Shown: positions 37,151 to 48,565 of the stretch, one piece after another | Position numbering within the stretch: the first letter of the stretch is position 1 | Layout of the letters: every line of letters starts with the position of its first letter | Assembly: GCF_036365525.1 (NCBI RefSeq) | Contig: NC_090401.1 | Span: forward strand, 42,926,683 to 42,990,682 | Length of the DNA stretch: 64,000 bases | Source of the DNA: Heterodontus francisci | Taxonomy: Eukaryota | Reading direction: 5' to 3' | Notes under the pieces: generated by a model | What the model saw: only the letters and a program-made list of their open reading frames with translations | What the model was told of the DNA's origin: nothing | The model's database searches: none | Position numbers and translations under genes: made by a program

Positions 37151-37311
37151 CGTTTAACCTGGATTATTACACTGAGGTGCTCGATCTGTCTTACCTGTTG
37201 GATCATTTGGCCAAAGATCCTTTCTTCAAAAACTTTCGACGATTAAACAAGAAGTTGGTGGAAGTGATTGAAGATTACAGTCTAGTCTCCTTTATACCTC
37301 TTAATGTGCAG
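37151..37311 (+). CDS. GPN2: GPN2 coding exon 3
   Basis: [51 protein letters not shown]. Confidence 0.96.
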
Positions 37312-37792
37312 GTGAGTGGCTGCTCACTAACTGGCTTTCCAGTAATGTCAATAGGCTAGTTAGTGTTTAAGAATATTACAAACTCATCAGGACACAGTAT
37401 TGCACTAACTGTGATTACAGGGTACAGACTGAGTGTGAGGGGACAATTGGGTTCACAGTGTGACAATGTTATGGAATATGTGTTGGGGTGCAAGAGGATT
37501 GGGGTTAGGTGCTATGATTGTAAGGAATTCCAAATCATGGACACACATTGGTATGTGCGGAACATTCAGAATAAATGCAGGAAGTGTGAAAGGATTATGC
37601 TATGAGAAACACCCAATTTTGACTTGAGTGCAGAGCGTACTTGAGTTGGGGGGCGAATAAGTTTTTGGGTCCATGCAGAGCTTTTTTCAGTTTCAGGGTA
37701 CATCCAGGTTTGTATTTAAGTTGGGGGTTCAGAACATTAATTCTATGGTTAGACACTGAGAATTTGAAGAGTGGGCATGATCTATCCCACAG

Positions 37793-37923
37793 GATAAAGA
37801 GACCATGAAGCATGTGATGAGGGCTGTCGATAAGGCAAATGGATACTGTTATGGGGACTCGGAGCAGAGAACTCTGGAAGCCATGATGTCTGCAGCAGTG
37901 GGAGCAGATTTCCAGTTCTCCAT
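37793..37923 (+). CDS. GPN2: GPN2 coding exon 4
   Basis: [43 protein letters not shown]; followed by the U12 donor GTATCCTTT. Confidence 0.93.
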
Positions 37924-38392
37924 GTATCCTTTACACAGACCGTTTTATCAGCAGCATTGTAGTGTGTTAGGCCAATGATTACAGATCTAAACTGAGGCAA
38001 GCTGCTGCCCACACCTCTTGCTCTATCTCCTGACTCCACGCCTCTCTCTGTGCCTCTCCACCCCCACTCCATGACTCACTTTTTCTCCCTCGCCCCCTCC
38101 CTGCTCTGTCCCTCCCTCTGCCCCCTTCCTCTCATTCCATCCTTCCCTCCCCACTCTGCCACGCACTTGCCCCACTCTGGTCTCCCTTTCTCCTTGCGCT
38201 GCAGTCTCTCCCCCCTCTTTCCCTCCACCCCCCCCTTCCTCTCTCTGTCTCCAGTCCCCCACTCTGCAATTTGCTGGATTTTGCTTCTCATGTTACCCAC
38301 TTGAGCAGCAACAACATCTTGTCGTTTCTTGTAAATGTATTTATTAATTTACTTTTGCTGATTACCCTGAGTGTTTCCTTAGCGATAAGCAG

Positions 38393-38495
38393 GTCCATGG
38401 ATGCTCAGGAGAAGTATGTGACATCGCTTGAGGAGAATGTGAAGGAAGAGTTGATGCAGCTCTCCCACCCACATGCAAACTTTGACACAACGTGA
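38393..38495 (+). CDS. GPN2: GPN2 last coding exon (total ~322 aa)
   Basis: (M)SMDAQEKYVTSLEENVKEELMQL...DTT*, aligning with the recalled mammalian tail FSSTLGIQEKYL...EAMQL. AATAAA at 38789-38794. Confidence 0.85.
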
Positions 38496-38859
38496 ATTCT
38501 TCCATTGTGTGTCTGTGGTTGCTGGGCGTACCTACTGGGAGAGACTCACTGATCGAGATGGAATCTGCCAGCATACTCACTGGTTCCAGGTGTGAAGTGC
38601 ATTCTGGAAGTGGTAGTTTTCACACTTGCCACAGTAGGGCCATGGATTTACCTGCCGACAGCTGCTGATCACCTTTAGCCAATCTTGTTAATCAACTCAT
38701 TGCATCGCTCGGAGTAAGAATGTTTGAAAATATATTTGTTTCCGGGAAGTTGAATCTTTGTTTTTCCTTTTTAAAAAAAAACATGTCCAATAAAGATATT
38801 TCGCTTCAGTACATCCTCCTTCAGACCAGTAATAGGACAGGCTAGTTAGAGACTGCTCA

Positions 38860-39240
38860 GGGGAGGCGGTGGCGTAGTGGTAATGTCACTGGACTGGTAG
38901 CCCAGAGGCCCTGGCTAATGCTTTGGGGACATGGATTCAAATCCCACCACGGCAGATGATGAAATTTGAGTTCAATTAATAAATCTGGAATTAAAAGCTA
39001 GTCTAATGATGAAACCATTGTCGATTGTTGTAAAAACCCATCTGGTTCACTAATGCCCTTTAGGGAAGGACATCTGCCGTCCTTACCTGGTCTGGCCGAC
39101 ATGTGATTCCAGATCCACAGCAATGTGGTTCACTCTTAAAATGCCCTCAGAAATGGCCACTCAGTTCAAGGGCAATTAGGGATGGGCAATAAATGCTGGT
39201 CTAGCCATTGATGCTCACATCCCATGAAAAATTTTTAAAA
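38860..39240 (+). mobile_element. tRNA-derived SINE (family B), full length
   Basis: A box TGGCGTAGTGG, B box GATTCAAATCC, LINE-like tail GGGCAATTAGGGATGGGCAATAAATGCTGG...CACATCCCATG followed by A-rich sequence. Confidence 0.8.
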
Positions 39241-40846
39241 ACTACACAACCAGACATGCCAGACTCTCACTTGCTGATCAGAACGGTGATCTGCCAACTG
39301 TCCGGGGCCTCTTATTCTGCAACATCAGTCTTTTTGAGAAACCCAAAGAAAGACTATTTGACACCTATTTGGTTCATCTTGGCTCATCCTGTCCCACAGA
39401 CTCCCCATCACCACATCCATTTGCTTATGATGCCGTCACTGCTCAGAAAGCCACTCAGTGCTGAGCTCCTACAATTACTTTTTTTATCACGCTAGCCCCG
39501 TGCTGATCCTCTGACTAACTGTTGCAGTTAGCAGGAGGTCATGTTACAACTGCTTCCGACGTTTACTATCCAAAGAACTCCGAAGGCCACCTGATTTCAA
39601 GGTGAATGGTCTGGAATTGTTCACTTTCCACTGACCATGGGATTATCTTGTGGCTCTTTACTCCCTCCTTATGTCTTAGGGACCAGAGTTAGATGCAGTT
39701 ACCCAAGTGTATACCATGAACCTGTATTGGACTCCCCCAGGCCTTGTACCCTCCACCCACATTGTCGGGTAGATGTCGGGAAGTGGAGCCTGATGCAGCT
39801 GAGAGGAGGCTCAAGACACGTCAGCTCCTTATGAGGTATACTGCGGGGAAGAGATCCCAACAGAGCATCAGATAAGAATGGTGATCCTGTGTGGCCTTAC
39901 CCAAGATCTGTAGCAAATGATTAGGCTGGTGGTAGAGTCCACTGTCAAATAGTGCACCAATATCCAAGAGGGTTTTAACTTATTGCAGAGCAGCAGGGAG
40001 AGTGTGGCAACTGCTGGAGCATCTGTAGACCTTCCCCTGCTTCATCAGAGATGCAGGCAAATCAGTCACCTCCATGTGGAGGTACTGAATTAAGATCTGG
40101 GGGGATGGGGGTTTGTTTGCGAAGTCAGAGCATACAGGACCGCATCTTGGGGACCAAAGGACAATCAAATGACTGGGATATTTTTGATCTTTCTGACTCC
40201 ATGAGGTCCAGTGCTGTGGTTAATGTTGATAACGAGAGTCCTGTCCCCAATACTAGTGGAGAATTCAAAAGCTGGTGTTTGTACCTTGTCTGTGACTCCT
40301 CACGCTAGCATCACTCCCCGCAGAAACACTTATCCTTGGCAGTCTGGTACCACAGAGTGAGCTTGTCCTATGTCCATGCCTGAACTTGGGAGACCGGAGA
40401 AAAAGGCCACCTTCATTTTAAGAGGTTTATGTTTTGCAGCAGCTGTTTACATTTCAGACTTCAAACTCCTGGGAGGTTAAGCGAGGAAATGTTAGAATAG
40501 GACAGAGAGAAGCTCACATGGTTACAGGTGTATGGTGACAAAACCAAGTGCTTTTTCTGTAATGTGTTGCAATAAATATATGGAATATTCAAAGTAAGAA
40601 CTGTTCAGCGTTTGGATCTCTTGTAGGTCAATGATGAGCACATAATGGTCAGCATTAGGATATGATGGCTGAGAGGAGCAAATATTCTACTGAGGTATAG
40701 AAAGCTTGGTAAGAGGAGGCAGATCTTCAAAGGAAGAGCCTTGACCTATTGAGACACTAGAACCATCCTTTCAGCAATCCCAACAGCTTGATCAATTTCT
40801 ATCCTCTGCAGCACTGGTAGTTGTACGGTGGAGTTATAAAGCATGG

Positions 40847-40986
40847 GAGTTCTGAAGAAGGGTCACTGACCCGAAACGTTAACTCCGCTTCTCTTTCCAC
40901 AGATGCTGCCAGACCTGCTGAGTGAATCCAGCATTTCTTGTTTTTGTTTCAGATTTCCAGCATCCGCAGTATTTTGCTTTTATTAT
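40847..40986 (+). mobile_element. Short PLE terminal unit with intact hammerhead core
   Basis: Reverse complement of 42-180; TSD ATGGGAGT at 40843-40850 and 40987-40994. Confidence 0.8.
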
Positions 40987-41335
40987 ATGGGAGTAGTGGG
41001 TATCTGTGTCTCCCAGCAGCCATTCTGCACTTTAATTCTGTCTCTGCTATGCATATGGAATTGCAACACTGGAACAGCAATTAAAAACACGGCACAACCA
41101 ACATGTTATGATTTCATGCACAAGGCTATTGTAAATGAGCTGGACATTTAAGGAATGGAAGCCCTGCAGTTCATATAAATATGGGGGTTTATATGTGGGG
41201 CACATGTTGCCATGGTGGAAATCTGGCTTCCCTCAATCCACTGCTCCTCCAGTATATTGATGATGTAAAGCAGGAAACTCAGAGTGACAAGATACCACCG
41301 ATGTCTTCTAGAGAGCAGACACATTATGAACAACT

Positions 41336-43500
41336 AACATAAAAACAGAAAATGCTGGAAATACTCAGCAGGTCAGGCTGCATCTGTGGAGGGATAAACA
41401 GTTAACCTTTTAGGTTGATGATCTTCGTCAGAAGTAGGAAAAGTTCAAGATACAAGAAGTTTCAAGCCAGTGCAGAGGCAGGGGAAGGAGGCGAAAAGCA
41501 AAAGTGAAGGTCTGTCATAGGGTGGAAAGCAGGAGAGATTAAGTGACAGAAGGGATGATGGTGCAAGGCGAAAGCAAATGGTAATGGGACAAGTAAAGAA
41601 ACAAAAAATGTATCTGGAGGAGGTGAATGAGAATGGGAACCACAGAATCAGCACCAATGGCTGCTGTCGGAAAAATGGGGTCAAAGGTTATGATCTGAAA
41701 TTGTTGAACCCAGTGTTGAGTCCGGAAAGCTGTAAAGTGCCTAATCGAATGATGAGATGCTGTTCCTAGAGCTTACATTGGGCTTCTTTGGAGCAGTGTC
41801 GGAGGTTGACTACAGAAAGGTCAGAATGTTAGCTGGGTGGAGAATTAAGATGACAGGCGACCAGAAGCTCAGGGTCATGGTTCTGGACTGAATGGAGGTG
41901 TTCTGCAAAGCAGTCACCCAATCTGCATTCAGCCTTCCCAATGTAGAGGAGATCCCATCGTGAACAGTGAATTCAGTATAATAAATTGAAAGTACAAATA
42001 AATTAGAGCATGGCTACCCGAACCGGATGGGACACGCGACGTGTCGGGTCGCTCTTCCAGGTCTGGCGCTCGGGTCGGGCTGGGTCGGACACAGTGACAG
42101 ACTGGACGCCAAGGCAGGAAATACTCTGCACTAGTCTGCAGTGAGTGATTCCACTGAAGGTAGAGCACAACCACTTTAATATAATCGACTTTATTACAGT
42201 GGTCGGGTCGGGCGCGGGAAAAAATGAATGGACTCGGGTTGGGTTTCATTTGCAGACCCGAGCAGGCCTTTAAAGTAAATGGCTGTATCACCTGGAAGGA
42301 GTGTTTGGGGCCCCAGAAGGGGGAAAGTCAAAGGGCAGTTGTTCCATTTCCTGCGCTTGCATGGGAAGGGGGAAGATGTTGGTGATAATTGAGGAGTGGA
42401 CCAGGATGTCGTGAAGGCAACGATCTCTTTGGAATTCTGAAAAGGGAGGGGTGGTGAAGACATGTTTTGTGGTGGCATCGTGCTGCAGGTGATGGAAAGG
42501 GTGGATGATGATCTGTTGAATGTAGAGGTTGGTGTGGTAGAAGGTGAGAATAAGGGGAACCCAATCGTAGTTCTGGGAGGAAGGAGAAGGAGTGAAAGCA
42601 AAAGTGTGTAAAATGGGATGGTCACAGTCGAGGGCCTTTTCCACCATGGTGGAGATGAATCCTTGGTTGAGGAAAACGGAAGACATATTGGAAGCAATGG
42701 TATGGAAGGTGGCATCATCAGAACAGATGTGATGGAGATGGAGAAACTGGGAGAACGGAATAAAGTCCTTATAGGAAGTGGGATGGGAGGAAGTGTAGTC
42801 ATGGTAGCTGTAGGCTTCTAGTGGATATTGGTCAATAGTCTATCCCCAAAATGGAGACAGAGGAATTAAAGGGAAGGGAAGAGTCAGAAATAAACCATGT
42901 GAAGAAGAGGGAGGGTGGATATTGGAAGTAAAGTTGATGAATCTTTTCAGTCAGGGTGAAAGCAAGAAATGAAACCGATACAGTTATTAATATATTGGTA
43001 AAAGGTGAGGGAAGGGACCCGAATAGGACTGGAACAAAGAATTTATCATATATCCCACGAAAAGGCATGCATAACTGGGACCCATACGGGTCCTTTTTAT
43101 TTAGAGGAAGTGAGTGAATTCAAAGGAGAAGTTGTTCAATGTGAGAACATTCAGCCAGGCAGAGGAGGGTGGTGGTGGATAGGGTCTGGTTGGGCCCCTG
43201 TCCAGGGAAGAAGGGGAGAGCGTTAAGGCTGGCCTGGTGGAGGACAGAGGTGTAGAGGGATTGGACGTCCTTCATGGGCAGGAGATGGTAAGGGCTAGGA
43301 AACTTAAAAGTGGCAGAGGGCATTGGAAGAGTCACAGATGCAGGTGGGAAGAGACTGGACAATGGCAGAAAGAAAGAGTTGAGATAGGAAGAAATCAGTT
43401 CTGTGGGGCAAGAACAGGCTGCAATGATGGGTCTAGCAGGGCAATCCTGTTTATGATTCTTGGGAAGGAGGTAGAGGCGGGCTGTGCAGGGTTGGGGGAC
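41336..43500 (-). mobile_element. Penelope-like element, RT to 3' end, degraded
   Basis: DVQSLYTS.LHQ (PLE RT), VPLILTFYHT, FQRDRCLHDILVHS, PCKRRK.N.CP, GIY-YIG tail and terminal unit. TSD TATGAAC(A/G)ACT at 41325-41335 and 43501-43511. Confidence 0.85.
42004..42272. mobile_element. hAT-type MITE rich in CCCGA/TCGGG subterminal motifs
   Basis: 8-bp TSD AAATAAAT (41996-42003) / AAGTAAAT (42273-42280); starts TAGAG and ends CTTTA. Homologous to 63290-63592. Confidence 0.7.
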
Positions 43501-44399
43501 TATGAACGACTGAAACTGGCTTTCCAGACAATGAGACAGACTGCCACCAGTGGGAGCTGCGGAACAGGTAGAATGGGAAGGAGCAGTGAGATTTTAGAAC
43601 ACTGAGCTGACAATGTGGATTCTCTTACCCTGGCTCTGCAGGTGCCAATTCTGATCACCTGCTGTCCACCACATATCACAACACTTGAACATGAACCAGG
43701 TTGTGTCACGCCTTGTAAATATATTGTCAAAGTAACAAATTACAGAATAACTGATTTCTAAATTCACGTGTCACACTGATGATCAACATACAGTAAATGG
43801 CATTTTATACACAATCTTTTTCCTTACTCATTTTCTCATTTAGTGATTTCCCACCCCTGAATCTGATGATATTCCTGCTGTTCATGTGCTTTTCCAACCT
43901 TTGTGAGATATGTAGATATTTGCACACTGCCAGTCTTTTCAGAAATAGTTTTATCACAGTGGGATTGAAGCACATCATCATGTGCAAAAGCTCTTTGGGA
44001 TACACGGAGAGAACTTGAAGACATGTCAAACATCACCTGTACCATTGGGAGCATGGACCAGTACTTGAGCTATGACAGTGCTATTTAATCTCAATCTAAC
44101 AAACCTTTTAGCACCCCACTTGCACAGACTGTAGCCATTCCACTTGCCAAGTTGCATTACCTAGAATGTATAGTACAGAATCTGGCCATTTGATCCAACT
44201 GGTCCATGGCAGTGTTTAGGCTCCACATGAGCCTTACTGCAGAACGTGGGTTTCAGCTTCGAACCTTTGCATTTCTGAGTAGTGATGCTCTGTCTTAAAG
44301 TTCCACAGCAGACTAACTGCAACTGCTCAAGTAAAATAAATGGTAGCACTACAGCCTGCTTTAAGACAGTCCAACCTTTATATACAGCACTTTGTCACT

Positions 44400-47300
44400 A
44401 TTTTTTATTCATTAATGAGCATTGCTGAAAAGGGCAGCATGCGATGCCGATCCCTAATTGCCCTTGAGAAGGTGCTGGTGAGCTGTCTTCTTGAACCACT
44501 GCGATCCAAGTGGTGTAGGTACACGAACAGTGCTGTTAGGGAGGGAGTTCTGGGATTTTGGTCTGGCAACAACGAAGGAACGTCAGTAAAGTTCCAAGTC
44601 AGGATGTTACGTGGTTTGCAGGGGAATTTTCAGGTGGTGGTGTTCCCATGCATCTGCTGCCCTTGTTCTAGGTGGTGAGAGGCTTCGAAGGTGCTGTCGA
44701 AGGAGGCTTGGCGAGTTGCTGCAGTGCATCTTGTAGATTTTTAAAATTTGTTTTCATGGGATGTGGGCGTCGCTGGCAATGCCAGCATTTGTTGCCCATC
44801 CCTAATTGCCCTTGAGAAGGTGGTGATGAGCTGCCTTCTTGAACCGCTGCAGTCTTTTTGGTGCAGGTAGATCCACAGTGCTGTTAGCTCGGGTGTTCCA
44901 GGATTTTGATCCACCTACAGTGAAGGAATGGCAATATATTTCCAAGTCAGAATGGTGTGTGGCTTGGAGAGGAACTTGCAGATGGTGCTGTTCCCATGTG
45001 TCTGCTGCCCTTGTCCTTCTAGATGGTAGAGGCCGCGGGTTTGAAAGGTGCTGTCAAATGAGGTGTGGTGAGTTGCTGCAGTGCATCGGCGGTGGAGGGA
45101 GTGAACGTTGAAGGTGGTGGAAGGAGAGCCAATCAAGTGGGCTGCTTTGTCCTGGATGGTATCAAACTTCCTGAGTGTTGGAACTGCACTAATCCAGGCA
45201 AGTGGAGAGTATTCCATCACGCTCCTGACTTGTGCCTTGTAGATGGTGGGGAGTCAGGAGGTGAGTTACTCGCCTCCCAGCCTCTGACTTTCTTTTGTAG
45301 CCACTGTATTTATGTGGCTGCTCCAGTTCAGTTTGTGGTCAATGGTAACCTCCAGGATGTTGAAGGTAGGGCATTCAGCGATGGTAATGCCGTTGAATGT
45401 CAAGGGAGATAGTTAGATTCTCTCTTGTTGGAGATTGTCATTACCTGGCACTTGTGTGGCGCGAATGTTACTTGTCACTTTTCTGCTCAAGCCTGAATGT
45501 TGTCGAGGTCTTGCTGCATATGGACATGGATTGCTTCAGTATCTGAGGAGTTATGAATGGTACTGACCATTGTACAATCATCAGCGAACATCCCCACTTC
45601 TGACCTTATGGTGGAGGGAAGGGCATTGATGAAGCAGCTTAAGATGATTGGGCCTAGGATACTACGCTGAAGAATTTCTGCAGTAATGCTCTGGGGCTGA
45701 GATGATTGGTTTCCAACAACCACAACCATTTTCCTTTGTGCTAGATATGACTCCAACCTACTTCTTTGGCCTCCTTATCTCGAGAGACAATGGGTAAGCG
45801 CCTGGAGGTGGTCAGTGGTGTGTGGAGCAGCGCCTGGAGTGGCGAAAAAGGCCAATTCTAGAGTGACAGGCTCTTCCACAGGTGCTGCAGAAAAATTTGA
45901 TTGTCGGGGCTGTTACACAGTTGGCTCTTCCCTTGCGCCTCTGTCTTTTTTCCTGCCAACTGCTAAGTCTCTTCGACTCGCCACACTTTAGCCCCGCCTT
46001 CATGGCTGTCCGCCAGCTCTAGCGAATGCTGGCAACTGACTCCCACGACTTGTGATCAATGTCACAGGATTTCATGTCGCGTTTGCAGACGTCTTTAAAG
46101 CGGAGACATGGACGGCCGATGGGTCTGATACCAGTGACGAGCTCGCTGTACAATGTGTCCTTGGGGATCCTGCCATCTTCCATGCGGCTCACATGGCCAA
46201 GCCACCTCAAGCGCCACTGACTCAGTAGTGTGTATAAGCTGGGGATGTTGGCCGCCTCGAGGACTTCTGTGTTGGAGATATGGTCCTGCCACCTGATGCC
46301 AAGTATTCTCCAGAGGCAGCGAAGATGGAATGAATTGATACGTCGCTCTTGGCTGACATACGTTGTCCAGGCCTCGCTGCCATAGAGCAAGGTACTGAGG
46401 ACACAGGCTTGATACACTCGGACTTTTGTGTTCCGTGTCAGTGCGCCATTTTCCCACACTCAACACTGAGATGATTGGTCTCCAACAACCACAAAATTTT
46501 TCCTTTGTGCTAGGTATGACTCCAACCAGTGAACAGTTTACCTCAGATTCCCATTGACTTCAATTTGGCTAGGGCTCCTTGATGCCATACTTGGTCAAAT
46601 GCTGCCTTAATATTAAGGGCAGTCACTCTCACCTCACCCCTTGAGTTCAGCTCTTTTGTCCGTGTTTGGACCAAGGCTGTAATGAATTCAGGAGCCGTGT
46701 GGCCCTGGCAGAACCCCAACTGAGCATTGGTGAGCAGGTTATTGCTGTTTAAGTGGCTCTTGAAAGCAGTGTCGACAATACCTTCCATCACTTTGCTGAT
46801 AATCGAGAGTAGGGCAGAAATTAGCCAGATTGGATTTGTCCGGCTTTTTGTGGACAGTACATACCTGGTTAATTTTCCACATTGTAGCTGTACTGAAACA
46901 GCTTGGCTAGGGTCATGGCTAGTTCTGCGGTACAAGTCTTCAGTACTGCAACTGGGATGTTGTCAGGGTCCATGGCCATTGCAGTATCCGATGCCTTCAG
47001 CTGTTTCTTGATATCACGTGGAATGAATTGAATCTGATGAAGATTGGCATCTATGATGCTGGGGATCTCAGGGGGAGGCCGAGATGGATCATCCTCTCGG
47101 CACTTCTGGCTGTAGATGGTCGCAAATGCTTCAGCCTTTTCCACTGCACTGATGTGCTGGGCTCCCCCATCATTGAGAATGGGGATATTTGTAGAGCCTC
47201 CTCCTCCGGTTAATTGTTAATTGTCCACCACTATTTACGACTATATACGGCAGGACTACAGAGCTTTGTTCTGATCTGTTGGTTGTGGGATCACTTAGCT

Positions 47301-48565
47301 CTGTCTATTATGTGCTGCTTCCACTGTTTTGGCGTGCAAGTAGTCCTATGTTGTAGCTTCACCAGGTTGACACCTCATTTTTAGGTATGCCTGGTGTTGC
47401 TCTTGGCATGCTCTCCAGCACTCTATTATTCATCCCTTGGCTTGATGATAATGGTAAAGTGAGGGATATGCTGAGTCATGAGGTTACAGGTTGTGGTTGA
47501 AAACAATTCTGCTACTGCTGATGGTCCACAGCGCCTCATGGATACCCAATTTTGAGCTGCCAGATCTGTGCTGAATCTATCCCATTTAGCACGATGGTAG
47601 GACCACAAAACACGATGGAGGGTATCCTCAGTGTTGAGATGGGACTTGGTCTCCACAAAGACGGTACAGTGGTCACTCCTACCAATACTGTCATGGACAG
47701 ATGCCTCTGCGACAGGTAAATTGGTGAGGACAAGGTCTAGTAGGTTTTTCCCTCTTGTTGGTTCCCTCACCACCTGCCACAGGCCCAGTCTGGCAGCTAT
47801 GTCCTTCAGGACTCTGCCAGCTCGGTCAATAGTGGTGCTACCGAGCCACTCTTGTTGATGGACATTGAAGTCTTCCAACCAGAGTACATTCTGTGCCCTT
47901 GCCACCCTCAATGCTTCTTCCAACTGGTGTTCAACATGGAGGAGTACTGATTTATCAGCTGAGGGAGGGCAGTAGGTGCTAATCAGCAGGAGGTTTCTTT
48001 GCCCATTGTTTGACCTGATGCCATGAGACTTCATAGGGTCCAGAATCAATGTTGCGGACTCCCTCCCAACTGTATACCACAGTGCCGACACCTCTCGTGT
48101 GTCTGTCCTGCCGGTGAGACAAGACCCAGTGTGTTAGTGGTGGAAGGAGTGAAAATTTAAAGTGGTGGATGGTGTGCTGATCAAGCAGGCTACTTTGTCT
48201 TGGATGGTGTTGAGCGTTTAAGTATTATTGGAGCTGCACTCATCTTGGAAAGTGGAGAATATTCCATTACATTCCTCACTTGTAACTTGTAGATGGTGGA
48301 CAGGCTTTGGGGATACAAGAGGTGAGTTATTCGCTGCAGAATTCCCAGCCTCTGACCTACCCTTGGAGCCACAATATTTATATGGTCAATGGTAACCCCC
48401 AGGATATTGATGGGGGAATTCAGCATTGGTAATGCCATTGAACATAAAGGGAACATGGTTAGATTCTCTTTTGTTGGAGATGGTCATTGCCTGACACTTG
48501 TGTGACACAAATGTTTCTTGCCACTTCTCAGCCTAAGCCTAAATGTTATCCAGGTTTTGCTGTAT
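44400..48565 (-). mobile_element. CR1/Jockey-group LINE (family B partner): near-complete ORF2 plus extra stacked fragments
   Basis: APE domain (TYCPPS, DFNVH, LLDLVLTN, GRSDH) at 47426-48091; RT motifs (KAAFDQVWH, MFADDCT); two tandem 3' tails near 44400 and 44740. Confidence 0.85.
45759..46461 (-). mobile_element. RTE-clade LINE, 5'-truncated
   Basis: Nearly identical to 10071-10771. Confidence 0.9.

Larger units (their letters stand above)
40550..43730 (-). pseudogene. Fossil PIF/Harbinger (HARBI1-like DDE) transposase, split by PLE insertions
   Basis: Manual minus-strand translation with frameshifts gives GAVD, YMNCRGFHSLNVQL, WLLGD, YPLLPCFITP and GLLKGWF*CLNRS in the correct order. 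Confidence 0.7.

Noticed and set aside
40550-43730. Functional domesticated HARBI1 gene
   Set aside because: Multiple stops, frameshifts and two retroelement insertions; it is a fossil.
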